From assembly GCA_964559225.1 (NCBI GenBank), contig CAZLGA010000005.1:185-64184 (forward strand): a stretch of DNA of 64,000 nucleotides, given 5' to 3'. The translations under genes were made by a program, and so were the position numbers. Positions 1 to 11,997 of the stretch are shown here, piece by piece. How positions within the stretch are numbered: position 1 is the first letter of the stretch; each line of letters opens with the position of its first letter. The notes beneath the pieces were generated by a model, which worked only from the letters and a program-made list of their open reading frames with translations, did no database searches and was not told where the DNA came from. This DNA comes from an uncultured bacterium (lineage in GTDB: Bacteria > Hydrothermota > Tepidihabitantia > SM23-42 > JAOAFX01).

Positions 1-5
1 GTGTC

Positions 6-34
6 TTGATTAAATCAATTAATTGTATATAATC
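6..34 (+). promoter_or_regulatory. sigma70-like promoter (TTGATT-17-TATAAT) upstream of the DUF3467 gene
   Basis: TTGATT at 6-11, 17-nt spacer, TATAAT at 29-34. An AAGGAG RBS sits 5 nt before the ATG at 50. Confidence 0.45.
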
Positions 35-49
35 TACAAAGGAGTGAAA

Positions 50-340
50 ATGGAAGAAGAGAAAAGACCACCCATAAATGTTGAACTAAGCCCTGAACAT
101 TCAGACGGGGTATATTCAAATTTTGTCCTGATTGCACACTCACCTTCTGAATTCATCCTTGACTTTGCAAGGATGTTGCCAGGACTACAAAAGGCAAAGG
201 TATTCTCAAGAATAATAATGACTCCACAGAATGCGTTTTTATTAAAAGAGGCACTTGAAGAAAATTTAAAAAAGTATGAAGAACGATTTGGAAAAATTAA
301 AATCTTTGGTAAAGAAGAGAAAGAAATCGGTTTTAAGTAA
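50..340 (+). CDS. DUF3467 family protein
   Basis: ORF 23..340, with the likely start at ATG 50 (MEEEKR) preceded by AAGGAG. The motif VYSNFVLIAHSPSEFILDF is typical of DUF3467. Confidence 0.55.
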   Translation: MEEEKRPPINVELSPEHSDGVYSNFVLIAHSPSEFILDFARMLPGLQKAKVFSRIIMTPQNAFLLKEALEENLKKYEERFGKIKIFGKEEKEIGFK

Positions 341-1442
341 GGTTGTAAATTTCTTTCTCAATTCTGAATATAAGGCATATCTCGTGGGTGGTATCCTGAG
401 GGATACATTGCTTGATAGAAAGACAAGGGATATTGATATCTCGGTCTGTGGTGACGCAATCAAGGCCGCATATCAATTAAATAGAATCCTTAAAGGCAAA
501 ATTGAAGTCCATAATGATTTTAAAACCACAACGATACTTACCGGAAGAACAAGGATTGATATTGCTATGACAAGGGATGAAACATATCCTAAACCCGGGG
601 CGCTACCAGTTGTATTCGAATCTGATATCTACGGTGATTTAAGACGGAGGGATTTTACAATAAACTCAATGGGACTTTTGATTTCAAAGACAAATCCCCG
701 ATTGATTGACTCTTTTTTTGGTCTCAAGCATCTTGAGAATAAATGGATAAAGGTTATACACCCGAAGAGTTTTATGGATGACCCGACAAGGATGTTTCGG
801 GCACTCAGATATAAGAACCGATTAAATTTCAAACTTGAAAGAAGGACTGAAAAATTATTGATTGAGGCCTCATGGCTCAGGGTATTAAAAAAGGTATCAA
901 AACAAAGGATTCTCAATGAACTCAAACTGATATTTGAAGAAGATACATATTTAAGGACACTAAAAGACCTTCACAAATACGAGATTTTTACATTTGATAT
1001 AAAAAAATTGAATACCCTCAAAAAAATACCTCCTGATTTGAAATATTATCATTTTTTAAGCCTTCTTGAAGACAATTTTCCTCTGAGCAATGAAGAGGCA
1101 AAGATCGTGAGCAATTTTAGAAATTTTGAGCGCATAAAACAGAGTCTGAAAAGGGCAAAATCAAATAGTGAGATCTATTATTCCTTGCATAATGTAGACA
1201 AAAGTTTGATAAGAACCATATTTCTTTTATATAAAAGTCTCAGAACCAAAATCCGCAAATTCTATGCACTTAATAACATAAAACCATTGCTAAATGGTGA
1301 TGATTTAAAAGATTTAAAAATCAAACCCGGTCCGATTTTCCGTGAAATCCTTACTGGGATTCATAAAATGCAACTTGATAAAAAAATAAAAACCAAAAAA
1401 GAGGCAAAAGAGGTGGTGAAAAAATGGCTGAACGTGGATTAG
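276..1442 (+). CDS. tRNA nucleotidyltransferase (CCA-adding enzyme) / poly(A) polymerase family protein
   Basis: AYLVGGILRDTLL, a DIDISV-type PolB head motif and RRDFTINSM. There is no RBS at 276 and the ORF overlaps the upstream gene by 65 nt. An alternative GTG at 384 has an AAGG 8 nt upstream. Confidence 0.7.
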   Translation: MKNDLEKLKSLVKKRKKSVLSKVVNFFLNSEYKAYLVGGILRDTLLDRKTRDIDISVCGDAIKAAYQLNRILKGKIEVHNDFKTTTILTGRTRIDIAMTRDETYPKPGALPVVFESDIYGDLRRRDFTINSMGLLISKTNPRLIDSFFGLKHLENKWIKVIHPKSFMDDPTRMFRALRYKNRLNFKLERRTEKLLIEASWLRVLKKVSKQRILNELKLIFEEDTYLRTLKDLHKYEIFTFDIKKLNTLKKIPPDLKYYHFLSLLEDNFPLSNEEAKIVSNFRNFERIKQSLKRAKSNSEIYYSLHNVDKSLIRTIFLLYKSLRTKIRKFYALNNIKPLLNGDDLKDLKIKPGPIFREILTGIHKMQLDKKIKTKKEAKEVVKKWLNVD

Positions 1443-2062
1443 AATTGTTGTTATCATTACCCCCGTTATTACTAGCACTAACGGTCCATGAATATTTTCA
1501 TGGCTATGTGGCATACCGAATGGGAGACCCGACTGCAAAATTCGCAGGAAGGCTCACTTTCAATCCATTAAAACATATTGAGCCGATTGGTTTTATTTCT
1601 TTTTTGCTTTTCAGGTTTGGCTGGGCAAAACCCGTGCCAGTAAATCCTTACAATTTCTACAACTATAAAAAGGGAATGATTCTCACATCGATTGCCGGAC
1701 CAGGCTCCAACCTTGCCCTGGCATTCATTTCCGGTATTATAATAAGATTAATGAATTCATCTTTTACTGCAGAGTCAATCCTACCATTATACATTATGCT
1801 CAGATTAAGCCTATATTTCAATCTTGTCCTTTGTGCATTCAATCTTATCCCTGTGCCACCACTTGATGGTTCAAAGGTTTTTTTCCATTTATTGCCGGAT
1901 AGATACAGCTATATCCACCATCAACTTGAAAGGTATGGTTTTCTTATTCTTATAGGACTTATCTTCATTAATAATATGGGAATACCGATACTCTGGGGAT
2001 GGATAGGACCATTTGTATCCTTCTTCAGCAGGATCTTTGCCGGGACAGGATTATTTATGTAA
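1424..2062 (+). CDS. site-2 protease family (M50) membrane zinc metallopeptidase
   Basis: HEYFHGY (HExxH) in a TM helix and NLIPVPPLDGSKV (LDG motif). The protein is multi-TM. Confidence 0.7.
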   Translation: MAERGLELLLSLPPLLLALTVHEYFHGYVAYRMGDPTAKFAGRLTFNPLKHIEPIGFISFLLFRFGWAKPVPVNPYNFYNYKKGMILTSIAGPGSNLALAFISGIIIRLMNSSFTAESILPLYIMLRLSLYFNLVLCAFNLIPVPPLDGSKVFFHLLPDRYSYIHHQLERYGFLILIGLIFINNMGIPILWGWIGPFVSFFSRIFAGTGLFM

Positions 2063-2075
2063 AAAGGAGGGCAGT

Positions 2076-4349
2076 ATGAAGAAACTATTGAAAACCCTTG
2101 GTATAGTAATCGGTATACTGGTGTTAATTTTTGTGATTGGATATATTGTAATAAGTTCTTTCCTCACGCCAGCATACATCCGCAGCACTGTGGAAAAAAT
2201 ATCATCCCAGGCAATAAACTATCCGGTTGGGGTTGGAAATGTATCGTTAAAATTAGGGTTTAAAATCGCAATAGGCATTGATAAACTTTCATTAAAAAAT
2301 CCACCGGGTTTTACAGACAGGAACATGGTGGATATTGAAAAGATCAACCTAAATCTGAAACTCTTTCCCCTGCTCAGAAGGCAGATTGTGATAAGCAGTA
2401 TCACAATAAATGGTGCAGTCGTAAATATTGAAAGGAACAGAGACAATTATTATAACATTGCCGTTCCAAAACTGCAAAAAATGGAAGGACCCGATTTTAA
2501 GGTTGCGGTTGATAAAATAGAAATCTCAAAAACCGAAATCAATTATAGCGATGCAATCACAAAGACCGAATTCAAGATTAAAAATGTGAACCAGACATTA
2601 GATTTCCGGCAGAGTTTGATTTCAATAAATGGCAAACAGACGATAGATATAGCAAAGACCAAAGACCTTCCTGCATTGACACTGAACATTGAAAACAGGG
2701 TTGTTTATGACACACTGACAACAAATGTTAACATAGAAGAAATAAATGTGGAATATGGAACGGCAAAGGTAAAGGTATCAGGGAATCTGGAAAAATCTGA
2801 ATTGTTAAATGTCAGTGCAAATCTGAACATATATGATTTGTCAAAAATGATAAATTTCATACCGGAAAAATCAAGACCCGAAAAACTATCTGGTTCAATA
2901 AAGGCTGATGCTACAATCTTAGGGACAACAAAAGAACCAAAGGTAAATGGTAAATGTGAACTCGTAAATATTACTATAAAACCCAAAGGCGTTACCCAGG
3001 AAATTCAAAAAATCAATGGCAGTTTTAGTTTTGATTTAAATTCAATCAAAAATGTGATTATCCAGGGTATATTCGGGACTTCAAGGTTTGATATAAGCGG
3101 TGGAGTGAACAATCTCAAATCGCCACTGCTTGACCTGGTTGTAAAGGCGTCATTAAATCTGAAAGATATAGAACAAATCTCTGCCCAGACAGGAGGAATG
3201 AAACTGTCAGGAAGTGCAAATTTAAATATTGCAGTAAAAGGAAATTTGGAAAAACCAAACTATTTTGGTGATTATACGGTCGTGGATGCAACGATAGATG
3301 GTATTGGACTTGTAAAACCCATAACTAATCTCAGGGTAAAAGGAACACTCCAGAAAGACGGAGCAAAGATATCTGAATGCACAGGACATATTGGAAGGTC
3401 TGATTTCTCATTCAGTGGTTATTTATCAAACTTTGACAAACCTGTGATTCAGATAAACAATTCTTCAAATCTCATTGACCTTGATGAGTTATTTCCCAAG
3501 ACAAGAACCGAAAAAAAGGTAGAGCAGAAAGGAATTCCAGTAACGATACAGGGGAATGTAAGGATAAACAAACTCACAGGAATGGATATGGAATTCAAAA
3601 ATATAAACACTTCATTTAAATACGAAAATGGTATTGTTGATATAAATGATTGCAGGGCAGAGACATTTGATGGACAGGTTGAATTTGACTTTTATTACAA
3701 CACGAATAGTCCTGAACCATATCGGATAAAAACAAGGATGACAAACATAAATGTCCAGAAATTCTTCAAAAGGTTTTTGAAATTTGAAAATCTGCAGGGA
3801 ACATTATCCGGTGTAAATAATTTTCAGGGAAGGGGATTTGGGCAGAAACAGGTGATAGCAAATCTCACGGCAAGCGGGAATGTGAAACTCACAAATGGTG
3901 TATTCAACAACTTTGAATTCCTGAACAAACTCTGTGACTGGCTTGGATTGAAGGATAAAAAACTAATTCCCGTGAATGACCTTGTATGTTCATTCAAGAT
4001 TGAAAATGGAAGGTCAAATATTGAAGACTGGTCTATGGAGAGTGGGATAGGAAACTTTCTTGTAAATGGTTGGATAAAACTTGATGGAATGATAAATCTC
4101 GTGATAACACTCACTCTCAATAAAAAAGAATCAGATATACTGAAGAATTATCGTGGCGATTGGGTATTGTATTACGACCCGCAGGGAAGGGCAACGATTG
4201 ATATAATTGCAAGCGGGAAATTATTATCGCCACAATTCAAACTTGATACAAACAAGATAAAAGAAAGACTCAAAGGCAAGATAAAAGATGAGTATGATAA
4301 AAAGAAAAAGGACCTTGAGAATAAATTGAAAGACCTGTTTAAAAAATAA
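2076..4349 (+). CDS. AsmA-like / DUF748-like large envelope biogenesis protein (N-terminal TM anchor)
   Basis: Start ATG 2076 (MKKLLKTLGIVIG) after an AAAGGAGG RBS. There is a single N-terminal TM, then a long beta-rich repetitive region, and the C-terminus is K/E-rich. Confidence 0.45.
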   Translation: MKKLLKTLGIVIGILVLIFVIGYIVISSFLTPAYIRSTVEKISSQAINYPVGVGNVSLKLGFKIAIGIDKLSLKNPPGFTDRNMVDIEKINLNLKLFPLLRRQIVISSITINGAVVNIERNRDNYYNIAVPKLQKMEGPDFKVAVDKIEISKTEINYSDAITKTEFKIKNVNQTLDFRQSLISINGKQTIDIAKTKDLPALTLNIENRVVYDTLTTNVNIEEINVEYGTAKVKVSGNLEKSELLNVSANLNIYDLSKMINFIPEKSRPEKLSGSIKADATILGTTKEPKVNGKCELVNITIKPKGVTQEIQKINGSFSFDLNSIKNVIIQGIFGTSRFDISGGVNNLKSPLLDLVVKASLNLKDIEQISAQTGGMKLSGSANLNIAVKGNLEKPNYFGDYTVVDATIDGIGLVKPITNLRVKGTLQKDGAKISECTGHIGRSDFSFSGYLSNFDKPVIQINNSSNLIDLDELFPKTRTEKKVEQKGIPVTIQGNVRINKLTGMDMEFKNINTSFKYENGIVDINDCRAETFDGQVEFDFYYNTNSPEPYRIKTRMTNINVQKFFKRFLKFENLQGTLSGVNNFQGRGFGQKQVIANLTASGNVKLTNGVFNNFEFLNKLCDWLGLKDKKLIPVNDLVCSFKIENGRSNIEDWSMESGIGNFLVNGWIKLDGMINLVITLTLNKKESDILKNYRGDWVLYYDPQGRATIDIIASGKLLSPQFKLDTNKIKERLKGKIKDEYDKKKKDLENKLKDLFKK

Positions 4350-5245
4350 TGCCCGAACTACCCGAAGTAGAGACGATAAAAAGGGAATTAAGAGCAGAGA
4401 TAATAAACAAAAGAATAACTGGGTGTAAAATTCTTAGAAAAGATATCATTGGTTATCCTACACCTGAAAAATTCTGTAAAGGGGTGATGAATGAGACAAT
4501 CTTAGATATAACGAGGAGGGCAAAATATCTGATTTTTGTGCTGAACCATGAGAAAAGGCTGATATTCCATTTAAGGCTATCAGGAAGTATAATTGTATTT
4601 AGTGCCGAACAAAATCCGCCACAAACAAAATTAAATTTTAAATTCCATAATTGGGATTCCAAAATAGAAACCATACGATTCAATGAAAAAACAAAATATG
4701 TGAGATTGTTATTAGCGTTAGAAGATAATTTGCTTTTATTCTGTGAGCCGAGGGCATTAGGAAGGGTTTATCTGATAAAAGCAAACGAGAGACCACATGT
4801 TTTAAAGGGATTTTTCAATCTCAGTTATGAACCTTTATCCCCGGAATATGACTTCCAGTATTTCAAAGATAAAATAAAAAAACGCAAGGCAAAGATAAAA
4901 TCGGTATTGCTTGACCAGTCTATATGCGCAGGTGTAGGAAACATCTATGCGGATGAGGCACTTTTCCATGCGGGTATAAGACCGACGAGAAAGGCGAATA
5001 GACTAAAGACTGAAGAGATATTCAAACTCCTGATGGCACTGAAACAGGTATTAAAGAAAGGGATTGATGAATGTGGAACAACTGTATCGGATTATAAAAG
5101 AACCGATGGGAAAACAGGGAATTTCCAGAAGTTTCTCTATGTTTATGACCGCGAAGGCAAACCCTGTAAGAAGTGTGGAGAGAAAATCGTCATAACAAAG
5201 GTTGGGTCAAGGTCTGCAAGGTATTGTCCAAAGTGTCAGAACTAA
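4349..5245 (+). CDS. mutM: formamidopyrimidine-DNA glycosylase (Fpg/Nei family)
   Basis: N-terminal MPELPEVE motif and a C-terminal zinc finger CKKCG...CPKCQ. The stop/start overlap TAATG couples it to the upstream gene. Confidence 0.85.
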   Translation: MPELPEVETIKRELRAEIINKRITGCKILRKDIIGYPTPEKFCKGVMNETILDITRRAKYLIFVLNHEKRLIFHLRLSGSIIVFSAEQNPPQTKLNFKFHNWDSKIETIRFNEKTKYVRLLLALEDNLLLFCEPRALGRVYLIKANERPHVLKGFFNLSYEPLSPEYDFQYFKDKIKKRKAKIKSVLLDQSICAGVGNIYADEALFHAGIRPTRKANRLKTEEIFKLLMALKQVLKKGIDECGTTVSDYKRTDGKTGNFQKFLYVYDREGKPCKKCGEKIVITKVGSRSARYCPKCQN

Positions 5246-5316
5246 AGGTATTGTCAGTGTTGCACAGTGATGGAGTATGACTAATCCGGGTCAGGAATTT
5301 AAACCTGTAATATTTA

Positions 5317-5344
5317 TTGACTTCAAAAAAATTCTATGTATATT
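5317..5344 (+). promoter_or_regulatory. promoter TTGACT-16-TATATT placing the TSS at about the valS ATG (leaderless)
   Basis: TTGACT 5317-5322 and TATATT 5339-5344. The ATG at 5351 lies 7 nt downstream with no RBS. Confidence 0.45.
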
Positions 5345-5350
5345 TAATGT

Positions 5351-7969
5351 ATGGAAGATTTCTCTACGCGTTATGAACCGAAAGGAATAGAAGAGAGAAT
5401 ATACGATTTCTGGCTAAAAGAGAATCTATTCACGCCCGCATTGAATTCAAACAGACCATCTTATACAATAACCATTCCCCCACCCAATGTTACAGGAAGG
5501 CTCACCCTCGGGCATATACTCAATAATACGATACAGGATGTTCTGATAAGATATAAAAAATTGTGCGGCTATGAAACACTCTGGATTCCAGGAATGGACC
5601 ACGCAGGGATCGCCACCCAGGTAAAGGTTGAAGAAGAAAGACTACTGCCAAAAGGAATAAAAAAAGAAGATTTAGGACGGGAAAGGTTCCTTGAAGAGGT
5701 CTGGCAATGGAAAGAAGAATATGCAAATGTTATCAGGATGCAGTTGAAAAAAATGGGCTGTGCATTGGACTGGACAAGGGAATGTTTCACACTTTCTGAG
5801 GAATATTCAAAAAAAGTAATAAAGGTTTTTGTCGACCTTTATAAAAAAGGTTTGATTTACCGCGGTGAGAGAATAATCAACTGGTGTCCAAGGTGCCTCA
5901 CCGCATTATCTGATGAACAGGTTGAAATAGAAGATAAATCAGGAAAACTCTATTACATAAAATATCCGATAAAAAATTCTAATAGGTTTGTCACTGTAGC
6001 CACAACCAGGCCCGAAACAATGCTCGGAGATACTGCAATATGTGTAAATCCGAATGACGAAAGGTATAGAAATCTTGTCGGCAAAACTGCCATCCTGCCG
6101 ATTATGAACAGAGAGATACCAATAATCGCGGACGGATATGTTGACCTTGAATTTGGCACCGGTGCACTCAAGGTTACACCTGCCCATGACCCATTTGACT
6201 TTGAATTATCAAAGAAACATAATCTTCAGATAATAAATATTATGAATCCTGATGGCACTATAAATGAGAATGGTGGTATGTATAATGGAACCGAAAGATT
6301 TGCGGCAAGGAATAAAATAATTGAACATCTTGATAGATTAAAACTTCTGGAGAAAACTGAAAATTACACCGTTCCAATGGGGATATGCGAGCGGTGTGAG
6401 ACACCGATTGAACCAAGATTATCAAAACAATGGTTTGTAAAAATGAAGCCACTTGCTGGACCAGCCCTTGAGGTGGTTAAAAATGGAAAGGTTAAGATAT
6501 ATCCAAAGAGATGGATAAATTTATATAACCACTGGCTTGAGAATGTGAAAGACTGGTGCATTTCAAGACAGCTGTGGTGGGGACACAGGATACCGATATA
6601 CTACTGCAACAAATGTTATGACGCAGAAAATAGAAAGACCGATGAAACGACAAAAGGAATAATTGTTGCCGAAACAAAGCCGGAAAAGTGTCCGGATTGT
6701 GGTTCAAGCGATATATATCAAGATGAAGATGTCCTTGATACTTGGTTTTCATCCTGGCTCTGGCCTTTTGCAACACTGGGCTGGCCCGAGGAAGCCACAG
6801 ATTACAAAAAGTTCTACCCTACCCAGACCCTTGCCACCGGCTGGGATATCATCTATCTATGGGTCGCAAGGATGATAATGGCTGGGCTTGAATTCACAAA
6901 TAATATCCCTTTCTCCAATGTTGTATTCCACCCAATGATTAGGGATGAAAAAGGCAGGAAGATGTCAAAGAGTCTTGGGAATTCACCAGAACCAATGGAT
7001 TTGATTGACAGATATGGTGCTGATGCCTTGAGATTCGGGCTTATGCTCATAACACCCCGCGAGCAGGATGTGCTTTATAACGAAAAGTCGATTGATGTGG
7101 GAAGAAAATTTTGTAATAAACTGTGGAACGCAGCCAGACTTTTACATACATCATTCCCTGAAATATCAGAAGAACTTTCTGACGAACTCTCGGATTTTGA
7201 TATCTGGATAATAGACGAGTTTAATAAATTATTAAAAGATGGAGAATATCATTACAAAAATTTTGAATTGAATACACTGAGCAAAAAACTTTATGATTTT
7301 GTCTGGCATATATTCTGTGATTGGTATCTTGAGATAATAAAAATACCACCATATAATAAAAAGAATGTATCAAAATATCTTTTAAAGCAATTGCTGAAGG
7401 TACTCCATCCATTTCTCCCGTTTATAACTGAAGAACTCTATCAGAAATTTTTTCATAAGCAAAAGAGCATATTGCTTGATGAATATCCAAGAATAATTGA
7501 CATCCCTAAACCAGTGCCAATAATTGAAGAATTTATAAAACTGATTGAAGAATTGAGAAATATTCGTGGACTATTTTCTATCCCCCCGAACGAGACATTG
7601 AACATAGTCATATCAACGGATGAAGAAAGAAAGAAATTTTTTGACTCCAATACGCAATTATTTCAGAAACTGGCAAAGATAAATAGTGTTGTCTTTGGAA
7701 CAAAGCCCAAAACTTCTTCGGCAACAATTGTAATGCCAAAAATTTTATGTTATGTGATATTGAAAGGAATCGCTATTGATAAAGAAAAGAAACGACTTGA
7801 AAATGAGATTAACTTTTTGACAAAAAGGATTGATGAATTAAAAAACCGGCTGAATAATCCTAACTATATTGACCAGGTCAAAGCCGAAGTGCGGGAAAAA
7901 GAAGAGAAGAGGCTTGAGGAATCCCTGACCAGAATTGAATATATAAAACAGGCAATAGAGAATTTATGA
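5351..7969 (+). CDS. valS: valine--tRNA ligase
   Basis: The HIGH-region variant PPPNVTGRLTLGHILN and KMSKS (KMSKSLGN). It has a C-terminal coiled coil and is 872 aa. Confidence 0.95.
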   Translation: MEDFSTRYEPKGIEERIYDFWLKENLFTPALNSNRPSYTITIPPPNVTGRLTLGHILNNTIQDVLIRYKKLCGYETLWIPGMDHAGIATQVKVEEERLLPKGIKKEDLGRERFLEEVWQWKEEYANVIRMQLKKMGCALDWTRECFTLSEEYSKKVIKVFVDLYKKGLIYRGERIINWCPRCLTALSDEQVEIEDKSGKLYYIKYPIKNSNRFVTVATTRPETMLGDTAICVNPNDERYRNLVGKTAILPIMNREIPIIADGYVDLEFGTGALKVTPAHDPFDFELSKKHNLQIINIMNPDGTINENGGMYNGTERFAARNKIIEHLDRLKLLEKTENYTVPMGICERCETPIEPRLSKQWFVKMKPLAGPALEVVKNGKVKIYPKRWINLYNHWLENVKDWCISRQLWWGHRIPIYYCNKCYDAENRKTDETTKGIIVAETKPEKCPDCGSSDIYQDEDVLDTWFSSWLWPFATLGWPEEATDYKKFYPTQTLATGWDIIYLWVARMIMAGLEFTNNIPFSNVVFHPMIRDEKGRKMSKSLGNSPEPMDLIDRYGADALRFGLMLITPREQDVLYNEKSIDVGRKFCNKLWNAARLLHTSFPEISEELSDELSDFDIWIIDEFNKLLKDGEYHYKNFELNTLSKKLYDFVWHIFCDWYLEIIKIPPYNKKNVSKYLLKQLLKVLHPFLPFITEELYQKFFHKQKSILLDEYPRIIDIPKPVPIIEEFIKLIEELRNIRGLFSIPPNETLNIVISTDEERKKFFDSNTQLFQKLAKINSVVFGTKPKTSSATIVMPKILCYVILKGIAIDKEKKRLENEINFLTKRIDELKNRLNNPNYIDQVKAEVREKEEKRLEESLTRIEYIKQAIENL

Positions 7970-8376
7970 AATACATTTCCTGGGTAATAATCGTTATTCT
8001 TATAATCTTCGGCTATTATTTTTACAGGACACAATACCTTCCAATCAAAAATAGGACCGATAAACTGAAAGAAGAAATAAGAATGTGGGAAGAAACGATA
8101 AAGAGTGAAAAAGGTATCCGGGGTGATTTTGAACGATTACCATCCAATAAATTTTTTGAAAATGACAAACTGACACCTTATGGTGAGGTTGAGATAATGC
8201 GAAGGTTTGACCGCCATTACAAAGGAATAGAGATATACATATCGGCACCGAATGCACTGAAAAGAATGGCAGAATTAGTGAAATTCCTACAGGAACAGAG
8301 AATGGACTATATGTCAATGTATTTCACAGCAGTAATTGATTCCATTGAGAGATTTGATTACAAGTATACAAAATGA
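7966..8376 (+). CDS. hypothetical membrane-anchored protein
   Basis: N-terminal TM helix. Overlaps the valS stop by 4 nt. Confidence 0.4.
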   Translation: MKYISWVIIVILIIFGYYFYRTQYLPIKNRTDKLKEEIRMWEETIKSEKGIRGDFERLPSNKFFENDKLTPYGEVEIMRRFDRHYKGIEIYISAPNALKRMAELVKFLQEQRMDYMSMYFTAVIDSIERFDYKYTK

Positions 8377-8741
8377 TGAAAATCTCGGATAAAAGGATTC
8401 TGATTGGGATGCTGGTCATTTTATTGATAAACCACGCATTTGCAGAAAAGAAGTCAGCTGGAAAGGCAATGCTACTCTGTCTATTGCCCGGGGGTGGGCA
8501 GTTTTATACTGAACGGTATGTGCCGGGTTTTGTCATTGGTGCAGGTGAGATAACGCTCGGCTATTTTGCATATAAAAATCATATTGAAAAAAATTATGCC
8601 GCAAGGAATTCTTTTTTATGGTGGGAATTATTTTTATTCGGCTATTCTCTTGCAGATGCCTATGTCGGTGCAAAAATGTATAAATTTGATTTGGAATGTA
8701 ATATTGATAAGGTCAGCCTTGTATACAAGATAAAATTTTAG
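8373..8741 (+). CDS. hypothetical secreted/membrane protein (DUF5683-like)
   Basis: Signal-peptide-like N-terminus and a PGGGQFY motif. Confidence 0.35.
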   Translation: MMKISDKRILIGMLVILLINHAFAEKKSAGKAMLLCLLPGGGQFYTERYVPGFVIGAGEITLGYFAYKNHIEKNYAARNSFLWWELFLFGYSLADAYVGAKMYKFDLECNIDKVSLVYKIKF

Positions 8742-9007
8742 TGTCTGGGATTCTCTTTTACTTTATCAACTGCCTTTAACAATTCAACAAGAACCTGTGC
8801 CTGCAATTGGTCCTTACTCAAATTAAACATCGTCATAATGTGCCCAACTTCGCTTGATACATACATTGCAGGAAGATTATTAAGCGTGAGCGTCATTATA
8901 TCCTGATAACAGTTTGCACACCGACAAAGGTTTGGGTTCTGTTTATAAAGCATTTGTAGCTCTTCACGAACAATCTTTTCAATATAATTTTCGGGTTTTA
9001 TCTCCAT
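8738..9007 (-). CDS. comFB: ComFB family (late competence development-like) protein
   Basis: The CRCANCYQD cysteine motif and LTLNNLPAMY, which resembles the ComFB LNxLPPxY signature. About 90 aa. Confidence 0.6.
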   Translation of the reverse strand: MEIKPENYIEKIVREELQMLYKQNPNLCRCANCYQDIMTLTLNNLPAMYVSSEVGHIMTMFNLSKDQLQAQVLVELLKAVDKVKENPRH

Positions 9008-9123
9008 CAGACCTCCTTTCGGTCAGAGACATCCGGCTACGATATGATATATAAAATTTTAAACAAATTTTAAATATTTAAACAAACAAGCCCAAAGACC
9101 ATACTGACAACCATTCCCCTTAT

Positions 9124-11163
<2,040 letters not shown>

Positions 11164-11212
11164 TCACAGGTGTCAAGATTTCGCTTTAGATTGAAATTGC
11201 CATGCATCCACA

Positions 11213-11893
11213 TCAGGTATTTGCTTCTTCCATTATCTTATCACCTGAGGATGTGCCAATACGTGTTGCGCCTGCCTTTATAAAAGCAACCGCAGTCTTA
11301 TAATCCCTTATGCCACCCGAAGCCTTTATGCCGAATGTTGAACCAACCACTTTTCTCAATAACTTCACATCTTCAATCTTTGCCCCTGCCTTAGAAAAAC
11401 CGGTTGATGTCTTAACAAAATGGGCACCACTCTCTTTTATAATATTTGCCGAGGCAATCTTTTCTTCCTCGGTCAAAAGACAGGTTTCAATTATCACCTT
11501 TACTATCTTTCCCTGTGCTGATTCAACAACCGCCTTTATCTCTTTTCCTACATATTTGTAATCCCCGGACTTCAAACGTCCTATATTCATCACCATATCA
11601 ATCTCATCACATCCAAGTTTTATAAGTTCTTCTGTGGCAAAGGCCTTCGCCTTTGGCGTTGACGCACCGAGTGGAAAACCAACCACGCTGCAGACCTTTA
11701 TATCTTTCGGCAATTCTTTTCTAATGAACTCAACCCAGGACGGATTGACAACCGCACAACAAAATCTGTATTTTTTTACACCTTTAATAAATTTCAAAAT
11801 ATCATTTTTTGTAGCATCGGGTCTCAAAATTGTCTGGTCAATGTATTTATTGATTTCTTGAACAATCATATAACCCCCATTCTCTATCATCAT
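11213..11893 (-). CDS. deoC: deoxyribose-phosphate aldolase
   Basis: IDQTILRPDAT, CAVVNP and VKTSTGF Schiff-base lysine region. Confidence 0.85.
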   Translation of the reverse strand: MMIENGGYMIVQEINKYIDQTILRPDATKNDILKFIKGVKKYRFCCAVVNPSWVEFIRKELPKDIKVCSVVGFPLGASTPKAKAFATEELIKLGCDEIDMVMNIGRLKSGDYKYVGKEIKAVVESAQGKIVKVIIETCLLTEEEKIASANIIKESGAHFVKTSTGFSKAGAKIEDVKLLRKVVGSTFGIKASGGIRDYKTAVAFIKAGATRIGTSSGDKIMEEANT

Positions 11894-11997
11894 ATCCTAC
11901 CTTGGTAAGATACCAAGATAAAAATAGAATCGCTATGGTCAGACACTAATTCCCTTTTAAAAGGACGATTTTTTGTTTAAACATCAACCTCTTATCG

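Noticed and set aside
23-340. Using the full 105-aa ORF from ATG 23
   Set aside because: ATG 50 is preferred because it is preceded by an AAGGAG RBS and follows the predicted promoter -10 at 29-34. ATG 23 would lie upstream of the TSS.
11897-11945. Palindromes CTTGGTA-AGA-TACCAAG and CCTTTTAAAAGG between the GHL10-like gene and deoC, as terminators
   Set aside because: Both flanking genes are on the minus strand and the T-tract follows the palindromes only on the plus strand. They cannot be assigned as terminators for the annotated transcripts.
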